From the NCBI GenBank assembly GCA_963707505.1, contig CAVPQB010000004.1, positions 288,001 through 352,000 of the forward strand: DNA of 64,000 bases, given 5' to 3'. Of this stretch, positions 59,842-64,000 are shown piece by piece. How positions within the stretch are numbered: position 1 is the stretch's first letter; every line of letters starts with the position of its first letter. Under the pieces are notes generated by a model, which did not search any database, was not told the origin of the DNA, and saw only the letters and a program-made list of their open reading frames with translations. This DNA is from an uncultured Gemmatimonadales bacterium. GTDB taxonomy: Bacteria; Gemmatimonadota; Gemmatimonadetes; Gemmatimonadales; Gemmatimonadaceae. The translations under genes were made by a program, and so were the position numbers.

Positions 59842-62622
59842 CTATTGCTGGAGATCCGGCCAGCCGACGCATCCGTGCACGCATACATTACCACTGGCTA
59901 GAAGGTGGCCGGCGAAATCGAGCGCGGTCACGCCGATTCGGTCGATTAGCAATGGTCCAGGAAGCAGATCGATGTTCGCTGTCGGCCCACTGATCGCTCC
60001 GTGCAGCGATCCGGTCCGTGCCGACGCGCTGAACAGGGATGCGGTCGCATGCTTTTCGAAGAATGCCCCAACGTATTTATCGGCGCCGGCAAATTCGCCG
60101 ATCGTAACGTGGTAGTCAGCAGTGCACTGCTTGCTGGCGGTTCCTTCGCGGCCGTTGCTCCTCAACACCGTAAACTCCGCGCAGCTTCCGCCACCCCAGG
60201 TGGTTGGCGGAACGACGAAATCCGGAATCGGATCCTGATTACCGGTACTCGGCGGCCACACGAACACCCATTGCGCCGAAAGAGTTTCATTTGCCGAGAC
60301 GTGAAGTGGCGCTGGATCCACCGTTACGCCGGTGGTGCCGATGACATTACGTGTTACAGCACTGACAGTCGTGCCTCCGACATATCTCGCAGTTGCAACG
60401 CCTTCGGACGAAAGGACGACGCCACGCTGCCAATCCGATTGCGCCTCTGCCTTCCATGTGAGTCCGCGGCGACCGTCGAGTGGATCACCGGCCATGTCGC
60501 GCAAGGTAGCGCTCAGGCTTCCTGTCTCGCCTGTGTGAAGTCGCATGTCGCCCGGCGCGATTGAGACGTCACCCAGCGCGCAGCCCTTGTACGACGTCAC
60601 GATCGCGTCCTGTATGCGTCCGCGCATCGGCGGTTGCATTAGATAGCTCTCGATGATGCCGTGCAGACGGAGACCCCATCGAAGTTTCGCGGCAGTCGCG
60701 AGCGAAATAATCCGTGCCCGCACCGAGCCACCTGTGGCGCTGGCTGCCGAATCCGACAACGGTGTACGCACGCGCGGGAATTTGTTGTGACCGAGCATGA
60801 GGATGGCGTCCCCGTCGACAACGAGCCCGTGCAGATGTCGCGTCGCGATCGGCCACGCCTCGCTTGTCGGTGACGCGAGCGCAACTCCACCGATGCATGT
60901 CGTGTCGTGTGATTGCGAATATTTCCCCGTGTGAGCGAGCAGCGCCATCGCCTGCTGGACGATGAGATTTCCCTGCGAGTGCATGACGAACACGACGTGA
61001 CGCCCCGCATCACGCAGCCGCGTCGTGATCGCGGCGATCGTATCGACGTCGGCGGGGCGCGCTCTGATCGAGTGATCGAGAACGCCGCTTAATTGCTGGC
61101 TCACTTCGGCGTAGTCGGCCAGCAGTGCGAGGGCGCGCGGCCTCGTGCTGTTGAGGCATTTGGCAACCTCATCCGGAAGCGAGTTGATGCCGAGCCAGTC
61201 GCCCTGGATTCCCAGCGCGAGAACACAGCGATCTTCCGCGCTGCTCTCGCTCGCCATGGCGCTCCGGTTATACAACAGCTTGACGTCGAATGGAACGTTG
61301 GCGTACCACTGGGCCTCACGTGCCGCTACCGCGATGTGATGCGCTGCGAACAGCGCGCCGAGCGGCGTGGTGAGAATGCCGTTCACATACGCGATAGTTA
61401 CCGGTTCGCCGCTTGACGTCGCCTGCAAGACGGGCGACATGATAGTTGCCGTCGGACGTAGCTGTGGCGGTAATTGCGGTAGTAGCTGTGAATGTGAGGA
61501 GCTGCCGAGTGGCACGAGCAGCGCTGAGGCCGTACCGCCGCCGCCACCCCCCGTTCCCGGCGCATCGTCGCCCGATCCTGCGCCTGAGCCGGCGTCGAAG
61601 GTGTGGCCGGCGAGTGCGGCGTCCAGCGCCGGCATTGCGGTCGCGTCGGCGTCGCGCTGCAGAACGGTCATCTCGACGCGCCTCAACCGCTCCATGATAT
61701 TGGCAGTGTCCTGCATCTCATCCAGCTTGTCGAGCAGCTTCTGCGCAGATGCGATCTTGTCGTTCGACCTGAGCAGTGCGCGCGCGTCGTGCAGTATCCA
61801 TTCGTCGCCGGACGCCACACCGGCCTCACGGTCGGCAGATGCGATCAGAACGTGCGAGTCATCCATGATGACGCGTCCGCGTTTCGCGATTGGATTCTGA
61901 TCCAGTGTAACCAGAACGTTCCGGTAGCCCGAGTCGGCTGTGAAGTTATACTGCACGCGGTCGCCGCGGCGGAAGCTGTACGTCTGGCTGCTGAGGTCGC
62001 CGTGGACACCAGCCTCGGAGATTACCGTGAGCGTCACTGGAGGGACGAATATCTGGAATCGAACGTTGAGCCAGTTGCGATCGCTGATGAACGCGAAGCG
62101 TGACGTATCCTCGGCCGCTGGTCGATAGTCCGGATCGACCAGTTTGACGTCGGTGAATCCAGCCGCGGTGTCACCGAGTGTCACGACTACCCGGTATGCA
62201 GTCGATGGATCTGCCGGCAGATCCTTCAGCTTCCATCGGAAGTGATATGCGCGCTCGTTGAGCTCGATGCGATGCGTCGAGTCGGCGGTAGAATCATACG
62301 CGAAGTGCGCCAGTGTGTCTGCGGCGCCGCAATCGTCACCATTCAGACGACAGATCGCGACCGAGGGTGCGAGCGTCGTGTCGAGGATGCCTCGCGGATG
62401 TTTCCTGGGCCCGAGTGGTGCGAGGAAGATCGTTTCCGGTGCGCCTTCGTCGCCGGGTGCGTTGATGGCCTCCGAAGCGCCGGTGGGTTTCAGTGTAACT
62501 GGCGCAGTTGGTGTGTCGCTGCATCCGTGCTGTGCGATTGCCGCCAGAATCACTGTGACGGCGACCATCGTACGGATGAGCGTGCGGCTGGACTTCACGA
62601 GCGACTTCGCCTTCGACTTCAT
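59842..62622 (-). CDS. Large multidomain lipoprotein with alpha/beta-hydrolase (HSQG) and Ig-like domains
   Basis: Signal peptide with Cys (HGC-SD), YVNGILT, VVFVMHSQGNL, ALASP, and a Big_2-like segment (LSATLRD..G..L..R.LTW...GVATA). Confidence 0.7.
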   Translation of the reverse strand: MKSKAKSLVKSSRTLIRTMVAVTVILAAIAQHGCSDTPTAPVTLKPTGASEAINAPGDEGAPETIFLAPLGPRKHPRGILDTTLAPSVAICRLNGDDCGAADTLAHFAYDSTADSTHRIELNERAYHFRWKLKDLPADPSTAYRVVVTLGDTAAGFTDVKLVDPDYRPAAEDTSRFAFISDRNWLNVRFQIFVPPVTLTVISEAGVHGDLSSQTYSFRRGDRVQYNFTADSGYRNVLVTLDQNPIAKRGRVIMDDSHVLIASADREAGVASGDEWILHDARALLRSNDKIASAQKLLDKLDEMQDTANIMERLRRVEMTVLQRDADATAMPALDAALAGHTFDAGSGAGSGDDAPGTGGGGGGTASALLVPLGSSSHSQLLPQLPPQLRPTATIMSPVLQATSSGEPVTIAYVNGILTTPLGALFAAHHIAVAAREAQWYANVPFDVKLLYNRSAMASESSAEDRCVLALGIQGDWLGINSLPDEVAKCLNSTRPRALALLADYAEVSQQLSGVLDHSIRARPADVDTIAAITTRLRDAGRHVVFVMHSQGNLIVQQAMALLAHTGKYSQSHDTTCIGGVALASPTSEAWPIATRHLHGLVVDGDAILMLGHNKFPRVRTPLSDSAASATGGSVRARIISLATAAKLRWGLRLHGIIESYLMQPPMRGRIQDAIVTSYKGCALGDVSIAPGDMRLHTGETGSLSATLRDMAGDPLDGRRGLTWKAEAQSDWQRGVVLSSEGVATARYVGGTTVSAVTRNVIGTTGVTVDPAPLHVSANETLSAQWVFVWPPSTGNQDPIPDFVVPPTTWGGGSCAEFTVLRSNGREGTASKQCTADYHVTIGEFAGADKYVGAFFEKHATASLFSASARTGSLHGAISGPTANIDLLPGPLLIDRIGVTALDFAGHLLASGNVCVHGCVGWPDLQQ

Positions 62623-62742
62623 GGCTTGCTCCAATGGGATTGGGCCGCCATGATAGAGTGGACTTGAGTGCGCGGAACAAAGCGCCGGTGTGCGGGCGTC
62701 ATCAGAACTGCGCCGACTGGCGCGGCTGGCTATCTTTCGCGC

Positions 62743-64000
62743 ATGCCTGAGCGCATTCGCACTCGTTTCCTGGTGGTTGGGAGCGGAGTCGCAGGACTGC
62801 ACACCGCGTGGCGCGCCGCCGATTCGGGTGAGGTGATCGTTCTCACCAAGCGCTCTCTGTTCGATAGCGCCACCGCGTACGCACAGGGTGGCATCGCAGC
62901 CGCACTGGGAGCCGGCGACTCGCCCGAGCTTCATCGGATCGACACCCTTGCAGCGGGCGCCGCACTATGCGACGCTGCCGCGGTGGAAGTGCTGGTCGAG
63001 GAAGGTCCCGATCGGGTGCGCGAGCTTGCGACCGCCGGAGCGCAATTCGATCGCGACACCGCGGGGAACCTTCAGCTCGGACGCGAGGCTGCGCATTCGC
63101 GTCGACGCATAGTCCATTCGCACGGCGATCAGACCGGCGCCGAGGTGGCGCGCACGCTGATCGAGCGCGTGCGCGCGACGCCCGCGATTCACGTGTCCGA
63201 GAAAACGCGTGTTCTGGATCTGATCATCGAGAACGAGGTATGCGTCGGCGTTCGTGCGACCGTAGCAGGCAAGGCGACGGAGTTCATCGCTGACGCCACC
63301 GTTCTGGCGACGGGCGGCTGCGGGCAGGTTTATCGCTACACGACCAATCCGGCGGTGGCTACCGGTGACGGATTCGCCATCGCGCACAGGGCTGGCGCCA
63401 AGCTGGCCGACATGGAATTCGTACAGTTCCACCCGACCGCGCTGGACACCGCGGAGACCCCGCTGGCGCTCGTTTCGGAGGCCGTCCGCGGTGAAGGGGC
63501 ATCACTCGTAAACGACCGCGGCGACCGTTTCATGCTCAAGGAGCACAAGCTCGCCGAGCTCGCGCCCAGGGACATCGTGGCGCGAGCCATCTTCAGAGAG
63601 CAGCGTGCAGGCCGCAAGGTATTTCTCGATGCGACCCGATTCGAACGTCCGTTCGAAGAGCATTTTCCAGGGATTTTCGCGCTGTGTATCGCGCGGGGAA
63701 TCAATCCGAATACGGATCTCATTCCGGTTACGCCGGCTGCACATTACATGATGGGCGGAATCGTGACAGACCTCGCCGGGCGAGCGAGCATCCCGAGGCT
63801 GTACGCGTGCGGCGAGGTGGCGCGCACGGGGGTGCACGGCGCCAACAGGCTTGCCTCGAACTCGTTGCTCGAAGGGCTGGTTTTCGCCGAGCGCGTGGCG
63901 CGCGACATGGTAACAGGCGTTCCGCTCGCGGCCGAGCCTGCGACGACGATGTGGAGCGCGCCGCCGCTACTGGATCGTGGTGCCGCGCAGGTCGCGGCCG
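62743..64000 (+). CDS. nadB: L-aspartate oxidase (partial, runs off right edge)
   Basis: Manual translation from ATG 62743: VVGSGVAGL, YAQGGIAA, EAAHSRRRIVH, LATGG, EFVQFHPT, SEAVRGEG, ELAPRD, AHYMMGG, GVHGANRLASNSLLE. Confidence 0.95.
   Translation, partial: MPERIRTRFLVVGSGVAGLHTAWRAADSGEVIVLTKRSLFDSATAYAQGGIAAALGAGDSPELHRIDTLAAGAALCDAAAVEVLVEEGPDRVRELATAGAQFDRDTAGNLQLGREAAHSRRRIVHSHGDQTGAEVARTLIERVRATPAIHVSEKTRVLDLIIENEVCVGVRATVAGKATEFIADATVLATGGCGQVYRYTTNPAVATGDGFAIAHRAGAKLADMEFVQFHPTALDTAETPLALVSEAVRGEGASLVNDRGDRFMLKEHKLAELAPRDIVARAIFREQRAGRKVFLDATRFERPFEEHFPGIFALCIARGINPNTDLIPVTPAAHYMMGGIVTDLAGRASIPRLYACGEVARTGVHGANRLASNSLLEGLVFAERVARDMVTGVPLAAEPATTMWSAPPLLDRGAAQVAA

Noticed and set aside
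62623..62934. N-terminal extension of the 1030-aa ORF
   Set aside because: It overlaps nadB on the opposite strand; the signal peptide begins at ATG 62622.
1..64000. CRISPR array, tRNA/rRNA, transposase, integrase, prophage or defence genes
   Set aside because: No regularly spaced repeat-spacer units or recognisable motifs seen by eye; the REP copies are dispersed, not arrayed.
1..64000. Frequent GCGATCGC/CGATCG (HIP1-like) words
   Set aside because: Mostly in coding sequence and explicable by Ala-Ile-Ala codons at high GC; a codon-aware enrichment test would be needed and was not run.

Overview
64 kb of GC-rich bacterial chromosome, mostly housekeeping genes. The gene repertoire (Hanks kinase, several carboxypeptidase-regulatory/TonB-like surface proteins, thyX, group III pfk) suggests Gemmatimonadota; this is an inference. 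In order: phzF-like (partial), GNAT, ClC and MarR; class A PBP; a MocR-associated DUF1579/NIPSNAP/outer-membrane module; CDF; UbiB/ABC1 kinase; PHP membrane protein; lon; Ser/Thr kinase with DUF4015; hydrolase and DEAD helicase; pseudopilin; M1 aminopeptidase; pfkA; bioFADB; an atypical DExH helicase with gmhA; ispH; an Oar-like TonB-dependent receptor; VOC; thyX; FAD oxidoreductase/hbd/thiolase cluster; a plug-only TonB-like protein; MFS with pxpABC; MFS; a BMP-family nucleoside ABC transporter; a large lipase-like lipoprotein; nadB (partial). I saw no rRNA, tRNA, CRISPR array, transposase or integrase. At least seven genes are split by single-base indels, mostly in homopolymers, probably long-read errors. 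Most notable: (i) a DExH helicase whose motif Ia appears to precede Walker A; (ii) a TonB-dependent barrel with a C-terminal LTxxQ (Spy/CpxP-like) tail; (iii) a family of CGTCATTCCCGC-type REP hairpins, including a ~190-bp REPIN-like palindrome and inverted repeats bracketing ispH; (iv) bioF apparently starting at ATT just after an intrinsic terminator; (v) a ClC with GHGIP in place of GSGIP.
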